Source of the DNA: an uncultured Candidatus Saccharibacteria bacterium | Lineage (GTDB): Bacteria; Patescibacteriota; Saccharimonadia; CAILAD01; BJGX01 | Length of the DNA stretch: 35,428 bases | Direction: 5' to 3' | NCBI GenBank assembly: GCA_964610335.1 | Contig: CAZSVP010000002.1 | Location: 212,887-248,314, forward strand | Shown here: piece by piece, positions 8,389-15,978 of the stretch | Numbering within the stretch: the first letter of the stretch is position 1 | How the letters are laid out: each line of letters opens with the position of its first letter | Translations under genes and position numbers: made by a program | Notes under the pieces: generated by a model | What the model was told of the DNA's origin: nothing | What the model saw: the letters and a program-made list of their open reading frames with translations, nothing else | Database searches by the model: none

Positions 8389-11298
8389 TTACTTGGTTAC
8401 GAAGTTTACCAGTTTGCCAGGGACCACAATGGTTTTGATAACCTCAGCATCGGCTGTCCAATTGAACTCGTCATTTTTGATACCGGCTTCGCGCTCGATA
8501 TCTTCGCGGCTTGCACCTGTCTCAACTACAAACTCTCCACGCAACTTGCCATTGACCTGTACTATGATGGTCACGACATCGTCTTTGACTAGCTCGGGAT
8601 CGTACTTCGGCCAAGCCTGCAGATGCACACTCTCAGTGTTGCCAAGATGAGTCCATAACTCTTCGGCCATATGCGGCGCACATGGAGCCAACATCAGAGC
8701 CACCATTTGCAAGGTGCGCTGTGCAAGAGCATCAAATTTCAGGCTAACAAGCTGTGTACGTACATCAGCTGAATTGAGGTAGTTAATTAGCTCCATCAGG
8801 GCAGAAACCATAGTGTTGAAATCACGCCGATCTAGACGTTCATCCACCTTCTTGAGAGTTTTATGTACCATTTGATCCACACCCACTTCAAACACACCAT
8901 CTTCAGCAGTATCAGCGAGCTCAGCTTTATTTGTCGATGCCAGATCCATGCCCAAATCCCAAACTTTGTTGAGAAAACGATTAATGCCAGCTAGCTTCTC
9001 ATCGCTCCAATCAATCGCTTGATCATATGGCCCCATAAACATCTCATACAGGCGCAAGCTATCAGCCCCAAACTTGGCAATTACTTGGTCGGGGTTGATA
9101 ACATTACCTTTACTCTTACTCATCTTGTTGCCATCAGGTGCCAGTATCATGCCATGGCTGCGACGCTTGGCATATGGCTCTGGCGTGGGTACAAATCCTT
9201 GATCGTACAAAAACTTATGCCAAAACCGTGAGTACAGAAGATGCAATGTGGTATGTTCCATACCACCGTTATACATATCTACCATCAGCCAATACTTCAG
9301 CTTGTCAGAGTCTGCAAAAGCATTTTCGTTTTGCGGATCGATGTAGCGCAAATAGTACCAGCTACTACCAGCCCAGTTGGGCATAGTATCCGTTTCACGC
9401 CTCGCTGGGCTACCACACTTCGGACAATCTACATTAACCCAATCAGTTATGGCAGCTAGCGGGCTCTCACCGGTCTCTGTTGGCTCATAGGCTTCTACAT
9501 CCGGCAACTCAACTGGCAATTGGTCCTCTGGTACTGGTACTACTCCACACTTGGCACAGTGGATTACTGGAATTGGCTCACCCCAATAGTGTTGACGGCT
9601 AAATATCCAGTCGCGGAGCTTGTACTGCACTTCTGTTTTGCCTACCCCCTCTTGTTCTAGCCAATTGGTAATTGCCTTCTTACCCTCTTCGACCGTCATA
9701 CCGTCAAACTGGCCAGAGTTAGCTAATATACCGTCGCCAGTAAATACCGGATTCTCTAACAAATCTAGCGCTTGTAGGTGTGATGTGGCTGTTAGAAAAT
9801 CTCTAAGCTCCTCTTTAGTCAGCCACCTAGTCTCGTGTTTCGTTTTTTCATCATCACTAACTTCATCTCGTTCATCATCCTTTAGTTCTACATAAAAAGT
9901 TGGTGCATGACCAAAACGATTCTGAGCCTTGGGCTCGTGATAATACTTACTATGAATCACGCCTAGTTTGTTTACAATCTTAGCGTTTTTGTAGCCAGTT
10001 TCTTCAAGAATTTCTTTGAGCACAGTTTGCTCTGGTGTAAACCCTTCATCAATACCGCCGGTTAAAAACGTACCCCACTTAGGCTCTGGCCAATATAGCC
10101 CGAGGTATTTGTCTTCCGACCAGTGTTTTATGATGGCAATTATCCCATCACTATCTTTTACTGGCTCGTCCTTACGAAACGCAGCCGTACCATCGCTTTG
10201 CTCTAGGACGGGCTCAATCACTTGTTTGATTGGTAGCCCAAACTTTTGAGCAAAGGTAAAGTCACGCTCATCATGTGCCGGCACTGCCATAATCGCACCA
10301 GTGCCATAGTCCATTAGTACATAGTCGGCCACCCAAATCGGAATGTTCTCGCGAGTAGCTGGATTGACCGCATAGGCACCGGTGAAAACCCCTGTCTTTT
10401 CACCTTCTTCCATACGCTGTACACTGCTGCGCGACTGGGTTTTTTTTACGTAGCTAACAACCGCCTTGGTTTGATCTTCGCTGGCAATTGCCGACACCAA
10501 TGGATGCTCTGGCGCTATCACCATAAAAGTGGCTCCAAACAGAGTGTCAGGCCGGGTTGTAAATACCTCTAACTTTTCATCATGGCCATCAATTGCAAAG
10601 TTGATCTTGGCGCCATAGCTCTTGCCAATCCAATTAACTTGCTGAGTGGCAATTTGCGGTAGGTAGTCGACAGTCTTGAGATCCTCGATCAGTCGGTCAG
10701 CATAGGCGGTGATTTTGAGTAGCCATTGATTGAGTAGTTTCTTTTCCACTGGCGTGTCACAGCGTTCATGGCAGCCATTTACTACTTCTTCGTTGGCCAA
10801 ACCAGTTTTACAATGCGGACACCAATTGATGGCAATTTCTTTTTGGTAGGCTAAGCCAGCCTTAAGCAGCTGCAAAAATATCCACTGCGTCCAGCGATAG
10901 TATTGCGGATCGGTAGTATTGATCTCACGACTCCAATCAAAACTCAGGCCCAACTCCTGCATCTGACGCTTGAAGGTTGCTACATTGTTGGCAGTAGCAA
11001 CTTGAGGCTTGATCTTGTGCTTGATAGCAAAGTTCTCAGTAGGCAGACCAAATGCATCCCAGCCCATAGGATAAAGCACATTTTTGCCCTTCATGCGCAG
11101 TCGTCGAGCTACTATGTCTTGAGCTGTATAGCTACGAACATGGCCAGTGTGTAGGCCATCTCCAGAAGGGTAAGGAAATTCTACCAATACATAGTATTTT
11201 TCTCGCGATGGATCATCATCAACAGCTTCGTACAGTTTGGCATCGGCCCAAATCTTTTGCCATTTGGGTTCGATTTCTTGGGGATTGTATTTATTCAT
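8389..11298 (-). CDS. leuS: Leucine--tRNA ligase carrying an extra ~155-aa Nudix-like insertion in the CP1 editing domain
   Basis: 969-aa ORF with HIGH (HTGHVRSY) and KMSKS (KMSKSKGN) motifs, CP1 editing motifs (TTRPDTLFGATF, GTGAIMAVPAHDERD) and the LRDWIFSRQHYWGEPIP segment. An extended -10 TGGTAAAAT (11307-11315) lies 8 nt upstream of the ATG. Confidence 0.95.
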   Translation of the reverse strand: MNKYNPQEIEPKWQKIWADAKLYEAVDDDPSREKYYVLVEFPYPSGDGLHTGHVRSYTAQDIVARRLRMKGKNVLYPMGWDAFGLPTENFAIKHKIKPQVATANNVATFKRQMQELGLSFDWSREINTTDPQYYRWTQWIFLQLLKAGLAYQKEIAINWCPHCKTGLANEEVVNGCHERCDTPVEKKLLNQWLLKITAYADRLIEDLKTVDYLPQIATQQVNWIGKSYGAKINFAIDGHDEKLEVFTTRPDTLFGATFMVIAPEHPLVSAIASEDQTKAVVSYVKKTQSRSSVQRMEEGEKTGVFTGAYAVNPATRENIPIWVADYVLMDYGTGAIMAVPAHDERDFTFAQKFGLPIKQVIEPVLEQSDGTAAFRKDEPVKDSDGIIAIIKHWSEDKYLGLYWPEPKWGTFLTGGIDEGFTPEQTVLKEILEETGYKNAKIVNKLGVIHSKYYHEPKAQNRFGHAPTFYVELKDDERDEVSDDEKTKHETRWLTKEELRDFLTATSHLQALDLLENPVFTGDGILANSGQFDGMTVEEGKKAITNWLEQEGVGKTEVQYKLRDWIFSRQHYWGEPIPVIHCAKCGVVPVPEDQLPVELPDVEAYEPTETGESPLAAITDWVNVDCPKCGSPARRETDTMPNWAGSSWYYLRYIDPQNENAFADSDKLKYWLMVDMYNGGMEHTTLHLLYSRFWHKFLYDQGFVPTPEPYAKRRSHGMILAPDGNKMSKSKGNVINPDQVIAKFGADSLRLYEMFMGPYDQAIDWSDEKLAGINRFLNKVWDLGMDLASTNKAELADTAEDGVFEVGVDQMVHKTLKKVDERLDRRDFNTMVSALMELINYLNSADVRTQLVSLKFDALAQRTLQMVALMLAPCAPHMAEELWTHLGNTESVHLQAWPKYDPELVKDDVVTIIVQVNGKLRGEFVVETGASREDIEREAGIKNDEFNWTADAEVIKTIVVPGKLVNFVTK

Positions 11299-11343
11299 TG
11301 CTATCTATTTTACCAGATTAATTGTTAGAAAGTAGTCAGGTGC

Positions 11344-11373
11344 GGTCTTGGGTAGTGTGTGCTACCCAAGACC
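11344..11373 (-). other. Perfect 12-bp stem-loop downstream of the 40-aa ORF (no U-tract)
   Basis: GGTCTTGGGTAG-tgtgtg-CTACCCAAGACC read directly. No T-run follows on either strand, so it is not a canonical intrinsic terminator. Confidence 0.4.
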
Positions 11374-11392
11374 GGCACCCGGCAAGGGCGAG

Positions 11393-11515
11393 TTACTTCG
11401 AGTCGGGCTTTGGCGGTGGTGCTGGCGTCGAGGGCGCTTTGAGCGCGAATGCCTGGGCGATGGGCCGTGGCGGGTTGTCCTGCCACTCATCGTTTGGTCC
11501 GACAAAAAGTCGCAT
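11393..11515 (-). CDS. Candidate 40-aa Pro-rich small protein in a GC-rich mini-island
   Basis: AAGGAG-tatctc-ATG, then MRLFVGPNDEWQDNPPRPIAQAFALKAPSTPAPPPKPDSK and TAA. The SD has ideal 6-nt spacing and most codons end in G/C. No homology recognisable by eye. Longer alternative-frame ORFs here lack any SD. Confidence 0.3.
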   Translation of the reverse strand: MRLFVGPNDEWQDNPPRPIAQAFALKAPSTPAPPPKPDSK

Positions 11516-11587
11516 GAGATACTCCTTTGTTTGTTGCTTCCCCTGCGATCCAGCCTACGACGCTTCGTAAACTGGAGTTTTCGGACA

Positions 11588-11719
11588 AACAAAAAACCGC
11601 CTTCGTTTTGGCGGTCTAGGTTTGGACTCTTGATCTACTAAACGTTATCGATCTACACGAACCCGAACCGCCTGTGGCAGCAACAATCCGAGTAGGTTGA
11701 GGATATAGACAATCATAGT
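11588..11719 (-). ncRNA. Candidate ~130-nt small RNA or terminator-type leader between the FemAB gene and leuS
   Basis: Bracketed by a near-consensus promoter (11726-11754) and a canonical terminator (11590-11615). It contains no SD-led ORF. Class unknown. Confidence 0.3.
11590..11615 (-). terminator. Rho-independent terminator (minus strand)
   Basis: The minus strand reads ACCGCC-aaaacgaa-GGCGGT followed by TTTTTTGTTTGT. Confidence 0.7.
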
Positions 11720-11725
11720 GATTTA

Positions 11726-11754
11726 AGATTACGCTTGTTGGCTATGCTTGTCAA
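11726..11754 (-). promoter_or_regulatory. Sigma70-type promoter TTGACA-17-TAATCT
   Basis: The minus strand reads TTGACA agcatagccaacaagcg TAATCT, ~40 nt downstream of the FemAB-family stop. Confidence 0.5.
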
Positions 11755-11794
11755 CCATGTTAGAAGTGTTTGTGGTGTAGTCTTGCGGGTCAAT

Positions 11795-12820
11795 CTAGAC
11801 ACGACGCAGCTTCTTGCGAGTTTTCTCAATTGCAAGGTTAACCAAGTACCTTGATTTGTTTAAAACTAAATCTTGAGCATGCAGGTACTCAACATCTTTT
11901 CCTCCAAAGCCCCGTTTAAACAGTGACACTCCAGCAAAACGATGATGTGTGTCACCCTCTGGTGCCACACCCCAGAAGTTATATCGTTGCAGACCTCGTT
12001 TTTTGGCCTCTCGTATCGCTTGCCACTGTATGGCATAAGCACCAGGATACTTACGACCAAGCTCTGTACTCGCACCGTAGTGATAGGCCGCCTCACTGCC
12101 CTGAAATATTACAAATGCTTGAGCGAGTAGCTTATCTTCATAATATGCGCTATATAACTTCACCATATCATCGGCCACAAATACTTCAAACTGACTGAGT
12201 AAGAAATTATAGCTAAAGGGCACAAATCCTTGGCGCTTAGCAGTCTCTATTTGCAAGTCGTAAAAGGCTTTCAGGTCCTTTGATTTTGTCGATTCTGTTA
12301 CTACTACGCCAAGCTTGTCGGCCTTACGTATCTCATAGCGAGTTTGCTTACGCATATCAGCCAATAGCTCAGATTCGTCTTTGCCGAGCTCAAGCTGGTG
12401 TGTGAGCTCGGCTGATAGATGCATCGGGGCCGGCCGAAAACCGGCTTTTCCAAACAGTGATCTGGAGAATTCATCACTAATCAACTGAGGTCGTACTCTT
12501 ACAAATACACAGTTGTGCTTTTTACCAATTTCACAAATCGATTGTAGCCAAGAATCTACTAGATCTTCATTGTGCCAATCAAGAATCGGCCCTCCGGCAA
12601 CCGTAAGGTATCTACCTCGCCGAGCTGGCTCCACAATAGACAAGCATATTCCAATTAGTTTATCCCCCTCATAATAACCTATTCTTTCGACATCCTTTTT
12701 CAAGGATTTGAAAAAGTCACCCCATTGCCATGATTGCAAAAAGTTTGATTCAGAGTGTTCATTTAAGAAATCATCCCATTCTTTTTGGCTTTTGACGACT
12801 TTGGTAGTTACTGCTGACAT
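11795..12820 (-). CDS. FemAB-family peptidoglycan interpeptide-bridge peptidyltransferase (FemX-like)
   Basis: 341-aa ORF with FemAB-family hallmarks (FLQSWQWGDF near the N-terminus; YHYGAS...PGAYAIQW; RYNFWG). It overlaps the upstream DegT gene by 13 nt. Confidence 0.8.
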   Translation of the reverse strand: MSAVTTKVVKSQKEWDDFLNEHSESNFLQSWQWGDFFKSLKKDVERIGYYEGDKLIGICLSIVEPARRGRYLTVAGGPILDWHNEDLVDSWLQSICEIGKKHNCVFVRVRPQLISDEFSRSLFGKAGFRPAPMHLSAELTHQLELGKDESELLADMRKQTRYEIRKADKLGVVVTESTKSKDLKAFYDLQIETAKRQGFVPFSYNFLLSQFEVFVADDMVKLYSAYYEDKLLAQAFVIFQGSEAAYHYGASTELGRKYPGAYAIQWQAIREAKKRGLQRYNFWGVAPEGDTHHRFAGVSLFKRGFGGKDVEYLHAQDLVLNKSRYLVNLAIEKTRKKLRRV

Positions 12821-13995
12821 TGGTTGAACGCCTTTGCTATTTCAACAGCCATAGACTCAGTAATATGCCGGTGTGTTGGCAAGTTAATAATTTGTGAAGC
12901 AGCTTCATCAGCTACCGGGCATTGATGATCATAGGTGGTTTTACTAAGATATCTGGCCGGCGCAATTGGTGTGTCGTACCAAGTATCTGATATGTATATA
13001 TGCTTCTTTTGCAACGCGCTAAAAACCTCACGACGGTTCTCTACATAGGCCGCAAAACGAAGATTGGTAGAGCGTGATACTGATTCAGATGAGGTGTTTA
13101 CCAACCTTGCCCTGCACAAATTCTCCTGGTAGATTTTACCAAGCTTGCGTCGACGTAATAATTCAGTAGGCAACAACTCCAATTGTGCTAAAGCGAGTTT
13201 GGCCTGCCAGTCGCTCAAGCCGTGACCTTCATAATATTCTGCGTCCACAGAGCGTGACATAAAACCCAACTTGCGAAAAGCTGCATGCACCAATTTGCCA
13301 AGACCAATTTTGTATGCCCAACGAACCTTCATGCTAAGTAACGGATACCATTTGTCATGACGCTGTGCAGACTTGGGTGGATCAGAAAGTCTACTAGGCA
13401 AAGAGTCTAAGTACTTGTGGTTATTTATTACCAAGGCACCACCAGACACGCTATCAATCAGTTTGTCACGTCCAAAACTTAGCATAGCAAAATCCCCAAC
13501 CGTCCCAACCTCACGCCCATCTATGTAACGGGCACCGATACTGTGTGCTAAATCTTCAACTAAAACAAGTTTGTGTCTCTGGCATATCTTCTCTATTCCC
13601 ACAATATCACAAGGGTTCCCCAAAGTGTTTTGAACAATCACTGCCTTGATTTTAGGATGCTTTTCTATTGCTTTTGCCAATGTGTCTGCTGAGAATTGCA
13701 AACTATCTCGCTCGATATCCAAATAGTATGGTTTAAGCCCAGCAAACGTGATCGCACGGTAAACGGCGTAGCAGGTAAACCCGTTGATAGCTACTTGAGC
13801 ATCGGAGCCCAATCCAGCAGCCTTCAAGGCTAGTTGTAGTGCCTCGCGCCCCTTATAGGTCAGTACTACTTCTGATTTGTAACGATTTTGAAGATATTCA
13901 GCTAGTTTATCGCCGGCACCCTTGCTTCTAGAAAAAAGAGATTGCCAAACCATCCTACCGCTGTAGTTTGACCCGAGAGAATTAAAAACAATCAT
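12808..13995 (-). CDS. DegT/DnrJ/EryC1/StrS-family PLP-dependent aminotransferase
   Basis: 395-aa ORF with the family pattern VEDLAHSIGA and a PLP-lysine region FAMLSFGRDKLIDSVSGGAL. ATGA start/stop overlap with the upstream hydrolase gene. Confidence 0.8.
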   Translation of the reverse strand: MIVFNSLGSNYSGRMVWQSLFSRSKGAGDKLAEYLQNRYKSEVVLTYKGREALQLALKAAGLGSDAQVAINGFTCYAVYRAITFAGLKPYYLDIERDSLQFSADTLAKAIEKHPKIKAVIVQNTLGNPCDIVGIEKICQRHKLVLVEDLAHSIGARYIDGREVGTVGDFAMLSFGRDKLIDSVSGGALVINNHKYLDSLPSRLSDPPKSAQRHDKWYPLLSMKVRWAYKIGLGKLVHAAFRKLGFMSRSVDAEYYEGHGLSDWQAKLALAQLELLPTELLRRRKLGKIYQENLCRARLVNTSSESVSRSTNLRFAAYVENRREVFSALQKKHIYISDTWYDTPIAPARYLSKTTYDHQCPVADEAASQIINLPTHRHITESMAVEIAKAFNQCQQ

Positions 13996-14684
13996 TTCAA
14001 CACCTCATCAATAATGTCGCCCACTTGATTTGGATGGGTATAGAAGGGTGCATGACGCGCATCCTCAATCACGTGTAGTTGTGCGCCAGCTATTTTGGCA
14101 GCCAGGAGCTTACCATCACCTAATGGGGTAAGTTTGTCTTGCGCTCCCCATATAAGCTGCGTTGGGACCGTAATATTCTTTGGCACAAGACCTTTATCGT
14201 CATGGCTTAGATTTACCATGGTCTGCTGCATATTGGGTGGTGCTTGCTCATAGTCATGTGCCCTAGCCGACCGATACAGTAGCTTCCGAAGTTTGGCAGA
14301 TTTAGTTAGTTTTTTGCCTAACTTGGCGGCATTACCAAACACTGCTTTTTTTAATCGCAGTTTCGGCTCGTTATGATACACGCCAGCGCTATCTATAAGT
14401 ATTAGTTGTCTCACGAGCTTAGGATATTTGATGGCAAAGGCCATGCTTATTCTGCCGCCGTTTGAGTGACCGACGAGCACCACTGGGCTACTTGCTTTTA
14501 CAATCTCACCGTGCAACCACTCTACGTATTTATCAAGGTTCCAAACATTCTGTGACGGAGCTGTCAGCCCAGGTACGTGAAGCATGACTGACTCTATGTT
14601 TTTCTCATCTCGCAGATACTTCATAATTTGCTGCCATTTATCTGTGTTGTAGGCCCAGCCATGAACTATATATATTTTCTTCAT
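13992..14684 (-). CDS. Alpha/beta-fold hydrolase
   Basis: Nucleophile elbow GHSNGG and a C-terminal catalytic His region (IEDARHAPF). The start is placed at MKKIYIVHGW (ATG 14682-14684), which forms an ATGA overlap with the Mur-ligase stop. The track start at 14714 would overlap by 34 nt. Confidence 0.8.
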   Translation of the reverse strand: MKKIYIVHGWAYNTDKWQQIMKYLRDEKNIESVMLHVPGLTAPSQNVWNLDKYVEWLHGEIVKASSPVVLVGHSNGGRISMAFAIKYPKLVRQLILIDSAGVYHNEPKLRLKKAVFGNAAKLGKKLTKSAKLRKLLYRSARAHDYEQAPPNMQQTMVNLSHDDKGLVPKNITVPTQLIWGAQDKLTPLGDGKLLAAKIAGAQLHVIEDARHAPFYTHPNQVGDIIDEVLK

Positions 14685-15946
14685 AGTCCCCAAGCCCTTC
14701 GCCGCTTCTCCCAAATCGTCTCACGACGACACAGTTTGTCGGCATCAGCAGAGTTTGCCAACAAATGCTCTATTACACCTTCCATAAATCGTGTGCCCTT
14801 AAACAATATAGTTTCATTACCACGAATGTCTTGCAGGAGTAAGTCGAGTACTTGACGAGGCGATTCCAAGCTAACGTGCTTTATTCCTAGACCATCTAGC
14901 GCTGGTGATGTAAACTTCTTAGTTCGAGGACCCATGATTACTATCTTATCAGCTTTTACTGCGACAATGGCAGCCGCAAGCTGTTCATGTACCTGCTGTT
15001 CATTGGCGCCTTGCTCCAATATGTCACTCACTACCAGCCACTTAGTTTTGACCGACAGTTTAGCGTACATAGATAACATAGCCTCAGCAGCATCGAGTGA
15101 AGCGTTGTAAGTACTATCAATCAGTGTTGTGTGTTTTATTCCCTCGAAGACAGAACTTCGACCAGGCGGCAATACAAAGTCTCTAAAACTTTTATCAAAC
15201 TGGATTGTCAACTTGGTGGTCAAAATTGCTGTTGCAAGAATTGAAAGACCTATCTCTTGAGGGACCAACTCAGGGACACTAACATGTCTGGGTAAACCTG
15301 GTTGTTGATCAAACTGAAAACTAGTTTCATGTAGGGTAGGTTCGTAACCAACTATAGCCTGCTCAGACAGTTTGAAAACATCTGTTTGCGTGCGATCTAG
15401 CTGTTCCGTTATACCTGGGTTACCAATATTTACAACCACAAAATCGCTTGCTGCTTCGACTAGGTAGCCGTACTCATGAGCTATAGCCGATTCAACAGTG
15501 TCAAATTGCCCACTAGTTACCAACTTATCAAAGTTCATAGCATGTGTTTGGGTACTAGACAACCAAACCACGCCATTTGGTCTAAGTAAACTTGCCAAAA
15601 ACTCACCTTCCTGCGGTCGATCACAATCAACTTCTACAATATAGATGTTCTGTGGAAAAGGTTTCTTGAATGCCTTAAATGGTGCCGAGCATATCAATCC
15701 AATCCATTCTGATTTTGCAAAACGTTTGCGAGCTAGTCCAAGTATGTCAAAACAAACCCCATACGCGCTATTGGCATGATGTGAGTATCGAGCCTTGGCA
15801 CCAAGCTGTGCCTCCACCAAGTGTAGTGTCGTAGTCTTGCCACTGGAGCCAGTAATTACAAATATCCTGGGTTTCCAGCGACGCAGCTGTACTCTTGCCC
15901 ATAGCCTGAAGTAGCCTGCCAAAACAAAGTAAAATCGCTTTTTCAT
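14681..15946 (-). CDS. Mur ligase-family protein (MurF-like central and C-terminal domains, no N-terminal domain)
   Basis: 421-aa ORF with a P-loop ITGSSGKTTT at residue ~32 and the Mur-ligase motif LIDSTYNASLDA. The C-terminal domain is present. Confidence 0.8.
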   Translation of the reverse strand: MKKRFYFVLAGYFRLWARVQLRRWKPRIFVITGSSGKTTTLHLVEAQLGAKARYSHHANSAYGVCFDILGLARKRFAKSEWIGLICSAPFKAFKKPFPQNIYIVEVDCDRPQEGEFLASLLRPNGVVWLSSTQTHAMNFDKLVTSGQFDTVESAIAHEYGYLVEAASDFVVVNIGNPGITEQLDRTQTDVFKLSEQAIVGYEPTLHETSFQFDQQPGLPRHVSVPELVPQEIGLSILATAILTTKLTIQFDKSFRDFVLPPGRSSVFEGIKHTTLIDSTYNASLDAAEAMLSMYAKLSVKTKWLVVSDILEQGANEQQVHEQLAAAIVAVKADKIVIMGPRTKKFTSPALDGLGIKHVSLESPRQVLDLLLQDIRGNETILFKGTRFMEGVIEHLLANSADADKLCRRETIWEKRRRAWGL

Positions 15947-15978
15947 GAAGCCCTATTATAGCATTTTCACACCTGTAA

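Noticed and set aside
11322-11641. Track ORFs 11322-11570 (+), 11348-11641 (+) and 11362-11592 (-) in the GC-rich mini-island.
   Set aside because: They have no SD and Arg/Gly/Ser-rich translations typical of out-of-frame GC-rich DNA. The 76-aa minus-strand ORF would start inside the terminator hairpin. Only the 40-aa frame has a canonical AAGGAG-N6-ATG.
11588-11754. T-box riboswitch controlling leuS.
   Set aside because: I found no AGAGA/GNUGNA Stem-I features and no GGGUGGNACCGCG T-box sequence, only a weak ACCGC match at the terminator. The element is kept as an unclassified leader or sRNA candidate.
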